From Escherichia phage I29: DNA of 64,000 nucleotides. Shown here piece by piece: positions 56,476 to 64,000 of this stretch. The DNA lies in sequence record ON286975; one strand, 5' to 3'. The notes below the pieces were generated by a model. It did no database searches. It was not told the origin of the DNA and saw nothing but the letters and a program-made list of their open reading frames with translations. Each line of letters begins with the position of its first letter. Within the stretch, counting starts at the first letter, position 1. A program made the translations under genes and the position numbers.

Positions 56476-56673
56476 TTACACAGGAATTGCTTCAAACAGG
56501 CCGTTATCTATACCGTCCTTCAGATAGAGATTATATTCTATGTCGGTATCTGTGTAAAGGGCAGCATCCAGCATTCTATCTGTGAGTCCATCCATTGGGT
56601 GGAGAAACCACCACCCACGCCAGTCAAAGTAACAGCCTGGTGCATCTTCTCTTACACGGATTCGATAAATCAT
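56476..56673 (-). CDS. hypothetical protein
   Basis: ORF in arm orientation. Confidence 0.35.
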   Translation of the reverse strand: MIYRIRVREDAPGCYFDWRGWWFLHPMDGLTDRMLDAALYTDTDIEYNLYLKDGIDNGLFEAIPV

Positions 56674-56769
56674 GGGCAGTGGCCTCCTGTTAGTTATACA
56701 TCCCAGTTTTCTTCGTTCATCACGTCCTCCCGTTCTATGAAGTTATAATTGCACACCTTTCAATCTGTG

Positions 56770-57186
56770 TCAACAGAAAACTTCAACAAATTCTTCCACA
56801 GTTTTAATGTCGTGGGAAAAAGGTTTACGGCTATAACGGGCAATAGCACTATCAACCACCGCCCGGTACTCCAAATCTTCAGAATATTTCATGAAGCATT
56901 GTAGCGTCTCTGGACAGATAGCTAAATAGCTCCACCACCCCTCTTCAGATTGGTAGTCGAATCCCATACTCTCCAACCATGAAGCATATACGCCTGCACC
57001 CTCAAGCCAGTGAGTATTTTCATCCAGAAACTTGTTAATAGACATGTGAGCTTCTAAGCATTTATCCAGCTCCTTTCCGTTAACCAGCCACGCACTGACC
57101 GTGGCGCATCCAAGGTCTACAGATTGAGTTGACAGGTTGTATTGGTCATAGTTCTCAGGCTTAACAATGATATCTTCTAATGTCAT
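56770..57186 (-). CDS. hypothetical protein
   Basis: ORF in arm orientation. Confidence 0.4.
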   Translation of the reverse strand: MTLEDIIVKPENYDQYNLSTQSVDLGCATVSAWLVNGKELDKCLEAHMSINKFLDENTHWLEGAGVYASWLESMGFDYQSEEGWWSYLAICPETLQCFMKYSEDLEYRAVVDSAIARYSRKPFSHDIKTVEEFVEVFC

Positions 57187-57248
57187 TTTTCAGATCTCCT
57201 TATACAAAAATGCCCCACCCTTTCGGGCAGGGCTATGTCAGTTAGGTG

Positions 57249-57871
57249 CTAAAAGTATTCATAGAGGTATCCATCGGGAGCTGGAATTTTTTCATGAATG
57301 TAGTAATCAACACATATTCCGGTTTCTCTTCTACAAGAATTGTGGGATACCCATTCTTTAAGAACGTTGCCATTCATGTCCAGCCTCCTTACATTTTTAC
57401 ACCGTCTACCGCTGGTGCTTCTATGCAACAGAATATCCTCCGTCTGCTTGTCTTTATTTTCTCCCCAGGTCGTTAAACGGATATTATCAAAAGAGTACCC
57501 TTTGAAATCATCTATCCTATCACAAGAAGGCTTTTTCCTTTTGTCGTATCCGCTGGCTACCCACTGATCATACAACTCTTTGTAACCGTTCAGGTATAGC
57601 CACTCCTTAAACTCCTTTTTGGTGTAAGTAGGAGGCGGGTGACCTCTCTTCTTACTGTTGCACTTTTGAGTCTTGTACAACACGCGGATAACACCTTTTT
57701 CTGAAGAGTCGTGGGAAAATTGGTCAGCCTCCCTGCTGGCCTTCTTACAACACTCTTTGCACTTATTAAGATGACCGTCAGACATCTTTGGGTGTTTGTA
57801 GAACTCGGAGAGGTTTTTCACCTCTCCGCACTTGATGCACCTCTTACAATGCGTGGATTCTACTTTTGCCA
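57249..57871 (-). CDS. zinc-finger/HNH-like homing endonuclease candidate
   Basis: CKRCIKCGE...HLNKCKECC near N-terminus, basic; start at MAKVESTHC assumed; overlaps 3' end of upstream gene. Confidence 0.35.
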
Positions 57872-59115
57872 TATTGCAAACCCACCGGAGCGAAAGGTAT
57901 GTCATCACAGAAGTCATACTGTGCTGGATTCTGATCCATTGGGTCATCTTCCTCATCATTTACAGGAGGAGCGTCTACAGTGTTTTGCTGTGGAGCTGCT
58001 TCCTGTTTGGCAGCCTGGGGTTCTTGATAGTCAGTTGACCCAGCACCGTTCTTGATCCAATCGTACAACGGCTCAGCCAGATTAGTCAAGACATCTTTTG
58101 CTTCTGCAGTAATTGCCGCTGCAAAATCATCAACTTTCGTTTTCTTGTCAATACGGCGACAAGCGTTCAACACCGCATTGCCGACACTGGCACCTACTTC
58201 ATCTTCAGTTCGGTTGGTGGCTTGAGCATACTCTTTCTTAAGCTCAATGGTGACTACGTGCAGTGTTTTAGCCACGCCTAGTGGGTCGTCCACCTTAAAC
58301 CCGCGATCCAGGATGATCTGCAACGCATTGATGCTATGTCCCGTCTCCACACCGATAGGGTCGTAAGAGGATTTACGCTTGCCACCAGAGCCTTGAGTGC
58401 CGTTCTCTGCCTTAGGAGGATAGGCCTTGAAACCACTGATAATGTTTCCGGTGTCTTTGTCAACAATGGCTGCAACACGACCACCTACCACCAGGTCTTT
58501 AAGCTGCTCATCAGTGACAACCATAGCACCTTCGCCAATCTTGTGGTCATTAACAGTAACCACGTTGCCAACAATCTGAGTCACATCACCATAGATGCGT
58601 AAAACGTCTTGATTGGCATTCTGCTGAGGTTTCTGCTTCTGGCCTTGTGATTGTGCACCTTGTTGCTGTTTTTGCTGCTGAGTCGCTGCTGGAGCCTCTC
58701 CTGCACCCAGCTTAACCATCTTAGCCAGTGAGCCTTTGTAATAGGTCTTACCGTTATGCTCGTTTGCCTTCAAAGGGATATTTACGATCCATCCTGGCGT
58801 TACGGTTTCCCACTTGTCATCAATCTTAACAGAGACAGAGTCTTGATGACCCGGTTTAAGCAGTTTATCACCCATGCTGATCCAGACTTCTTCACCACCT
58901 TGAAGCAGGTTATCAGAGGAATCCAGTTCAGAAATCAGTAAAGAGATGGTGTGGCTGGATTCAATTTTCTTACCTTGCCACACAGTGGTTTTAATACCTG
59001 TTGTAGGATCAGCACCTTTGATAGGCTTGATGCTGACACGTTTAATCATGCCGTGAGCCAGTAAAACAGTTTCACGCGGATTCATCGGGTTAGCGAATTG
59101 TTGAATAACGCTCAT
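57844..59115 (-). CDS. putative DNA-binding protein with Q-rich linker and SSB-like acidic C-terminal region
   Basis: Gln-rich linker and acidic DEEDDP...DFCDDIPF segment resembling an SSB tail, but followed by 15 more residues. Confidence 0.3.
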   Translation of the reverse strand: MSVIQQFANPMNPRETVLLAHGMIKRVSIKPIKGADPTTGIKTTVWQGKKIESSHTISLLISELDSSDNLLQGGEEVWISMGDKLLKPGHQDSVSVKIDDKWETVTPGWIVNIPLKANEHNGKTYYKGSLAKMVKLGAGEAPAATQQQKQQQGAQSQGQKQKPQQNANQDVLRIYGDVTQIVGNVVTVNDHKIGEGAMVVTDEQLKDLVVGGRVAAIVDKDTGNIISGFKAYPPKAENGTQGSGGKRKSSYDPIGVETGHSINALQIILDRGFKVDDPLGVAKTLHVVTIELKKEYAQATNRTEDEVGASVGNAVLNACRRIDKKTKVDDFAAAITAEAKDVLTNLAEPLYDWIKNGAGSTDYQEPQAAKQEAAPQQNTVDAPPVNDEEDDPMDQNPAQYDFCDDIPFAPVGLQYGKSRIHAL

Positions 59116-59480
59116 TATTTGTCTCCTTGTTCTTCGTTAGTGTTTGCCGTGTGTGCAAACCCTGCTTGAATTAATTTGTCCTGAACTTGAGCCAACAGCC
59201 CCATTGCAAAACTTGTGGTCCCAGAGAGGGCCATCAGCATATCTCGTTGTTGAGCTACCCAACCTAAGGCATAGTCCAAACGACGATATTTTTCTTCTTC
59301 ACGCAGAGCTTGAAATAATTGTTCAGCCTCTGGTTGTTGTGTGAGCTCCTGAAGTCTTCCCATGAAAGAAGAAAGCACTAGCAGAAGAGACACTTGATCT
59401 TTACTTAACCCTAAGAAAAATTCTTGAGGTTGTTCTTGCTCGTTCATCGCAACCGACGCTTGATCGTTCATTTGTTCCAT
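59115..59480 (-). CDS. hypothetical protein
   Basis: ATGA-coupled ORF. Confidence 0.4.
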   Translation of the reverse strand: MEQMNDQASVAMNEQEQPQEFFLGLSKDQVSLLLVLSSFMGRLQELTQQPEAEQLFQALREEEKYRRLDYALGWVAQQRDMLMALSGTTSFAMGLLAQVQDKLIQAGFAHTANTNEEQGDK

Positions 59481-59563
59481 TATGGAATCTCCGATTTTAT
59501 TTGAACAACATAGAAGGAGACACTATTTTAGCATCCCCTTCTGCAAATTACAATAGGTATTTG

Positions 59564-59809
59564 TTAGCCAATCACTTCGAAAGTTCCCCAATTCCCGTCC
59601 AGCAGGCAGGTGATCGGATCCCCATCGTCGTCAAAGATTTCAAAGTTTTCAGCATCCAGGATGTGGCCCTCGAACACAATACTTTCGTCGCCACCACCAG
59701 AAATAACAGCGTATTCCTTACCTTGAGTCAAGTTTTGACACCCTTTGCCACCAAAACCTACTTCCACACAACGTACTTTCTGTCCTGCGCGAGCAACTAC
59801 TTCAGCCAT
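59564..59809 (-). CDS. hypothetical protein
   Basis: GGAGA RBS. Confidence 0.4.
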   Translation of the reverse strand: MAEVVARAGQKVRCVEVGFGGKGCQNLTQGKEYAVISGGGDESIVFEGHILDAENFEIFDDDGDPITCLLDGNWGTFEVIG

Positions 59810-59826
59810 CTTAAGGTCTCCTGATA

Positions 59827-60147
59827 TTAATCGTCAAGTTCAAAATAGATTTTAACAGCTTCATCAAAGATTGGAATCCCGATGTTGTTGATAAGCTGCC
59901 AAACTACCATATCTTTACCTGGGTCTGGGAGAATGTCAACCTTTCTCCATGCGCTGTATATCCAGTTCGGACCACCTTCTGCACTAACTGGCAGATTTTC
60001 ACCAGCCTCCTGCAGATACTTATACAGCAAAAGATACTCTGGATACTCTAGAACACTGTCCTCTGTAGTATATAGCAGTTCACGGTATACTTTTAAGAAC
60101 CCTGCTGGGGTAATGTTTTCAGTCTTCATTTGCCGCTTCTCCTGCAT
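59827..60147 (-). CDS. hypothetical protein
   Basis: ORF in arm orientation. Confidence 0.4.
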   Translation of the reverse strand: MQEKRQMKTENITPAGFLKVYRELLYTTEDSVLEYPEYLLLYKYLQEAGENLPVSAEGGPNWIYSAWRKVDILPDPGKDMVVWQLINNIGIPIFDEAVKIYFELDD

Positions 60148-60511
60148 TCATCAGGTCTGCCATAGCGTCACCCACGAAGAGAACAACCACATCGTTGACA
60201 GCGTCAGCATCATCTTTGTTGACGTTGCTGAATTTAGGACACACAGCAATGATCATATAGACACCGTTACCCACCTGAACTGTCTGTGTGGTGCACATCA
60301 TGGCTGTATTTGTGCCTTCTTTGAAGGCGAAGCCTTGAAGACGCTCCTCTAAAGTGTTACCGGTAGATTTCAGAAGCGCCAGCTCGTCCAAGGCATAGAT
60401 GATATCTCCTGAAGTTAGTGTTGCCTTGCCATCAGACACCATAATCACTCCATCAGCACCGTCAAGCTTAGAGGCTTCAAAGATATCAATATCCCAAATA
60501 TTTTTCATCAC
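60119..60511 (-). CDS. hypothetical protein
   Basis: ORF in arm orientation. Confidence 0.4.
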   Translation of the reverse strand: MMKNIWDIDIFEASKLDGADGVIMVSDGKATLTSGDIIYALDELALLKSTGNTLEERLQGFAFKEGTNTAMMCTTQTVQVGNGVYMIIAVCPKFSNVNKDDADAVNDVVVLFVGDAMADLMNAGEAANED

Positions 60512-60840
60512 GCTTCCTCGTCGTCTAAGTAATCATCAAGAGAGGTGAAGATTTCACCGAAGTATTCTAAGATTTCTAGCTCACGTGTGGTGCAGAAAAC
60601 ACAGTCACCGTTGTCATCCTCGATAACGGCCTTTTTACCCAGCACATCTACTTCAAGTTTATCGTTCAACAGGACAGCTCCTGTGTAAACTTTGTCGGCT
60701 GTACAGTCCCGAAAAGCAGAATCCTTCTCCAGATAGTCTGGCTTAACCTTGGCTTTAATTCGTTGATATTGTTTAGTCATTGCTGTGGTCCCCTTTCGTT
60801 TTGATAGGGCCATTATATTAGGCCCCATCACTGTTGTCAA
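60508..60840 (-). CDS. hypothetical protein
   Basis: ATGA-coupled ORF. Confidence 0.4.
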   Translation of the reverse strand: MTTVMGPNIMALSKRKGTTAMTKQYQRIKAKVKPDYLEKDSAFRDCTADKVYTGAVLLNDKLEVDVLGKKAVIEDDNGDCVFCTTRELEILEYFGEIFTSLDDYLDDEEA

Positions 60841-60843
60841 GTA

Positions 60844-61098
60844 TTAATGTTCAGGTTTTACAAAAACTACTTCGTTAACAGTGCACCAGACAGAATCTCC
60901 TTCGTCATCTTTAAAGGTAAGGCACTGGGCTGAGTTTTCCAGCTCATCAATCTCTTCTTGTGATAAAGGAGCCCCTTCTTCCAAAAGGGCTTTTACTAAA
61001 GGGTTCTCACAAAACTCTGCTTCATAAATAGCACCAAGCGTGCAATCTTTAAAAGCTCGGTCATTTGCAACGCATGCTGGTTTCAACATGATTTTCAT
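60844..61098 (-). CDS. hypothetical protein
   Basis: GGAGA RBS. Confidence 0.4.
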   Translation of the reverse strand: MKIMLKPACVANDRAFKDCTLGAIYEAEFCENPLVKALLEEGAPLSQEEIDELENSAQCLTFKDDEGDSVWCTVNEVVFVKPEH

Positions 61099-61174
61099 TT
61101 TAGCAGTCTCCTCAATTATTTAAAAATCAACTCTCTGTTTGTGTGAAGCATCTTATATCTAATCTTACTTCTTG

Positions 61175-61573
61175 TCAATGACTATTTTCAATCAGCCACA
61201 CAGGGTCGAGGTAAATTTGTTGGCGTGTTGCCCAATGACAAACTTCATTGTACGTCTGAACCTCTTTGTCTGTCAATTCACGAATAGGCTCATCTATACC
61301 CTCATTTTTGTGGTAATCCCAGTCGGCATCGATTTCCCACAGCCATGACTTGTTGTCACCACGCTTACGCACACAGAAGTCACCAGGACGGCCTGCCAGT
61401 GCATTTAAGAACTCGTTCTCTGCTCGCTCCTGAAGAATGCTAAGGAGCAAAACGTTGGAGCATGACCGTAAAATATGCTTCAGCTCGCAGTCATCAATCT
61501 CAACTTCAATACGTTGTTTGACTGTGTGGGTACCTTTTACTAACATTCTACCTCCTCTATACAAACTCTGCAA
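61175..61573 (-). CDS. hypothetical protein
   Basis: ORF in arm orientation. Confidence 0.4.
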   Translation of the reverse strand: MQSLYRGGRMLVKGTHTVKQRIEVEIDDCELKHILRSCSNVLLLSILQERAENEFLNALAGRPGDFCVRKRGDNKSWLWEIDADWDYHKNEGIDEPIRELTDKEVQTYNEVCHWATRQQIYLDPVWLIENSH

Positions 61574-61751
61574 GTGTTGTGTTGTTCACTGCACCGCAGT
61601 AAATGGAGTATCCCAGCCCATTAGGGTGCAGAAACCACGGCGTGCCGAAATTATCTTTCACGTAGACATCGCCGTTGCTTGTAAAGGGCCAATATTCTTC
61701 ACCAAGGGTGAAATACCTACTCATACCCTCAGCCAGATACTTTACTTTCAT
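61557..61751 (-). CDS. hypothetical protein
   Basis: ORF in arm orientation. Confidence 0.35.
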   Translation of the reverse strand: MKVKYLAEGMSRYFTLGEEYWPFTSNGDVYVKDNFGTPWFLHPNGLGYSIYCGAVNNTTLAEFV

Positions 61752-61975
61752 AGGTCCTCTTCAACAGCTACAAACTTGGCAAGCAGGGTGGTTCCGTAGA
61801 TATGATACTCACCGTTTGCCAGATGGGAGATAAACCAGGCAATCCCTTCCTCGTCTTTAATCATCTTGTTTGCACGAGCTTTATCGTAATAAACCTCGTA
61901 GGTCTTTCCTTCTTTAAAGAATGACAGGTCTGTCATCTTTTCTTCTACAAAGGTAGCTTTAACCAAAGTCGTCAT
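61748..61975 (-). CDS. hypothetical protein
   Basis: ATGA-coupled ORF. Confidence 0.4.
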   Translation of the reverse strand: MTTLVKATFVEEKMTDLSFFKEGKTYEVYYDKARANKMIKDEEGIAWFISHLANGEYHIYGTTLLAKFVAVEEDL

Positions 61976-62289
61976 TGATCAGTCTCCTTCTTGTTAAGTC
62001 TGAATACTGCAATAATAGCATTCCCAAGGTGCAGTGTCAAATCATTTCCAAGATACCACAGCATTCCACGGTCATCTTTGATGAAAGGGTGACAATCTGG
62101 TGCCTTCCAGACATTGTACACTTTCCCAACCTGAAAGAAATCAGGCCCTGTTGGGATTTTAGTGCCTGGCCACACTTGAGATACCTGAACACACTCCACC
62201 TGCATAATAACAGGGATAGTCATGGATGTAAATGTTTTTGTTGGTTCTACTACCATAAAAGTCTCCTCTTTGCTCAACAACACTTCCAT
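61972..62289 (-). CDS. hypothetical protein
   Basis: Start trimmed to MEVLL to avoid overlap with polymerase exon 2. Confidence 0.35.
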   Translation of the reverse strand: MEVLLSKEETFMVVEPTKTFTSMTIPVIMQVECVQVSQVWPGTKIPTGPDFFQVGKVYNVWKAPDCHPFIKDDRGMLWYLGNDLTLHLGNAIIAVFRLNKKETDQ

Positions 62290-62305
62290 GTGTTGATAGT
62301 TTACA

Positions 62306-62659
62306 TTAGTGACAATCACCCCAATTACGACCACACAGGTATTCACCTGTGATCTGGAACGGGACGCCCATCATTTTAGAAGCTTGCCAGAAGCAATGCA
62401 CCACCATTTCACCCACAGGGCTCCAGATAAGTTCAAGCTTTCCGTCATCGTTCAGGATAGGATCGTACACCGTGTTTCCGTCTCTGTCAACCACTTCGTT
62501 TCCGTCCTCATCCTTGCGTGCCTTTTTGTACTTATGACCGTCGAACACATGAAGTTTGGCCTCCTGCTCTGCCTTAAATGCTTCCAGTTCTTCGATTGTG
62601 TCGAAGGTGTACACAGTCTTATACTTAGGCGTGTCAGGGACCTGAAGTTGGTACTCATC
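62306..62659 (-). CDS. DNA polymerase I family (family A), 3' exon
   Basis: Begins DEYQLQV, which completes an HDE motif with exon 1; ends GRNWGDCH like the Pol I C-terminus GENWDQAH. Confidence 0.75.
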   Translation of the reverse strand, partial: DEYQLQVPDTPKYKTVYTFDTIEELEAFKAEQEAKLHVFDGHKYKKARKDEDGNEVVDRDGNTVYDPILNDDGKLELIWSPVGEMVVHCFWQASKMMGVPFQITGEYLCGRNWGDCH

Positions 62660-63501
62660 CAATAGTTCAGGTAGGTCGTTAAGCTACCCCGCACCATTAC
62701 GTGCACAGCCATACGGTTTCCTGTATGGATCGGACTATCTCATTACCTTGTTACCAAGGCACCTCTCATTTCGACCGCACTTGCTGGCCTACTCTACTCG
62801 CTTCTTCACACCAAACTATGTTGGAGCTATGCTTTCGATAGTCTCTGAACGTTACTACCAGGTGTAGTTTTTAGAGATATGTTTCCACTGTCTTCTTTGC
62901 TTTATGGCTCTGACCGTCTCATAAGGATACCCAAGATCCCTAATCTCGCATTGTCGTAGACCACTCTGCAACAGTTCGCAAATCTCCGTTACCTCATCCT
63001 CGGTCAGCACAGCGTTGGCATTATACTCACCGACTGGCCTTACTCTGAGTTCATTATCGTAGGCGTGTTTGATATTTCCACCAGGGGTAGTCCATTCCAG
63101 GTTCCAGTGTGCATTGTTGTACTTATTTCCATCCTTATGGTTCACCCATGTGAGCTTTTCAGGATCAGGGTTCGGTACAAAGCATTCAGCAACCAAGTGG
63201 TGGACACCTTTTGTGCACTGCTTCCCCTCGATGAGCATGGTTACGCAAAGGTAACCTCTACCATTATCAAAACAAAACATTGTTGTATGATCACGTTTCG
63301 ATAAAGGTATTGTTCCATCATCAAACACGGTATACCCGTGATAATCAGCTGATCTAGCCATTTTAACTACACCCCTTTAGTCTTCGCTGCGGATTAGCAT
63401 ATTGAGCTTTTACCATGTTCAGGTGTAAAAGTCAACTTAGCCTTCCCGTCAATTAAAGAGGTTTTCGACGTGCATCACTGCACGAAGCCACAATGTTATT
63501 T
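62660..63501 (-). mobile_element. group I intron (~840 nt) carrying an HNH homing endonuclease ORF
   Basis: Core elements P aattgacgggaagg (63441-63454), Q aatccgcagc (63386-63395), R gttcagagacta (62839-62850), S gagatagtcc (62732-62741) on the minus strand; exon 1 ends in T, intron ends in G. Confidence 0.8.
62855..63361 (-). CDS. HNH homing endonuclease (intron-encoded)
   Basis: HHLVAECFVPNP...VNHKDGNKYNNAHWNLEW HNH motif; ORF lies between Q and R elements. Confidence 0.8.
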   Translation of the reverse strand: MARSADYHGYTVFDDGTIPLSKRDHTTMFCFDNGRGYLCVTMLIEGKQCTKGVHHLVAECFVPNPDPEKLTWVNHKDGNKYNNAHWNLEWTTPGGNIKHAYDNELRVRPVGEYNANAVLTEDEVTEICELLQSGLRQCEIRDLGYPYETVRAIKQRRQWKHISKNYTW

Positions 63502-64000
63502 ATGGTAATAGATAATACGACGAACACCTTCATCGTACCACCCACGCTTCACCATTTGATGGTGCATGAGTATCCCAACTAAGTCACACAACGATGCGCC
63601 GCCATTTTGTTGGTATGCATTAAGTAAAGAGTGTTTAGATCGGGTCCAGATAGCATGACCATCAAAAGAGTAGATAAACTTCTTACCCGTTGCTTCCCAG
63701 AATTTCTCCAGATCTTCTTTACGCCCCTTAAGACCAGGGTTGGCATCCCAGAGTGCATCGATTACCCTTTGTCCCAACTCTGGAGAGATGTCCAGCATAT
63801 CTGCAACTTTATCTTTTTGTGCCCCATACATAACCCCATACGTGATAGGTTTACCGTCGTTACGAGACACCTCTCTACCTGCTACTTTTGTATATGCCTC
63901 AGCATTGTTTTGGTGTGCGTCCCCGTTACTTACAACATCGTAATACAGGCCGTTGTCGAACTCAAAGGCACCCCAAGCCCCGATAAGCTGCTCTAAGTTG
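63502..64000 (-). CDS. DNA polymerase I family (family A), 5' exon, partial (continues past window end)
   Basis: Open frame to the window edge; motif-B-like RNDGKPITYGVMYG and NAYQQNGGASLCDL; ends ...RRIIYYH before the intron. Confidence 0.75.

Noticed and set aside
1-64000. tRNA genes
   Set aside because: Scanned intergenic regions by eye for T-loop (GGTTCGAATCC-like) plus acceptor-stem pairing on both strands and found none convincing; a proper tRNAscan-SE run is needed to exclude them
1-64000. Assignment to phage T5 itself
   Set aside because: Promoter style and several gene families are T5-like, but the DNA ligase here is ATP-dependent and the thymidylate synthase is ThyX-type, so the window does not match T5 as I remember it

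Overview
This window reads as part of a large virulent tailed-phage genome (Caudoviricetes). The evidence is gene content of the T5/T4 kind, dense sigma70-type promoters (TTGACA-N16-18-TATAAT-like) and a lambda-R-like endolysin that points to an enterobacterial host; no tRNA, rRNA or CRISPR array was found by eye. Layout: a short leftward unit (267-1239) encodes a split Pnkp-like kinase and metallophosphoesterase. A long rightward arm (1340-39261) encodes an Rnl1-like RNA ligase, a Sir2-like protein, DNA ligase, endolysin, RNase H/FEN, two junction resolvases, two N6-adenine methyltransferases, a dNMP kinase/HAD/ThyX-like cluster, class I and class III ribonucleotide reductases, PhoH, a ClpP-like peptidase, an HPF/RaiA-like ribosome hibernation factor and a tandem array of small acidic proteins including a paralogous family. 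A ~3 kb non-coding region (39.3-42.3 kb) lies between the two convergent arms and holds two identical 546-bp direct repeats joined by a 110-bp perfect palindrome, plus a field of GTTTACA iterons and nested inverted repeats. The leftward arm (64000 down to 42371) carries a family A DNA polymerase gene interrupted by a group I intron with an HNH homing endonuclease, a macro-domain protein, and many small genes each with its own promoter and 5'-UTR hairpin; it is split by a 1.2 kb non-coding block (52.5-53.7 kb) of repeats and sRNA-like elements. All calls rest on motif recognition by eye and on the supplied ORF track; no database search or computation was run, and coordinates of starts, promoters and hairpins are approximate.
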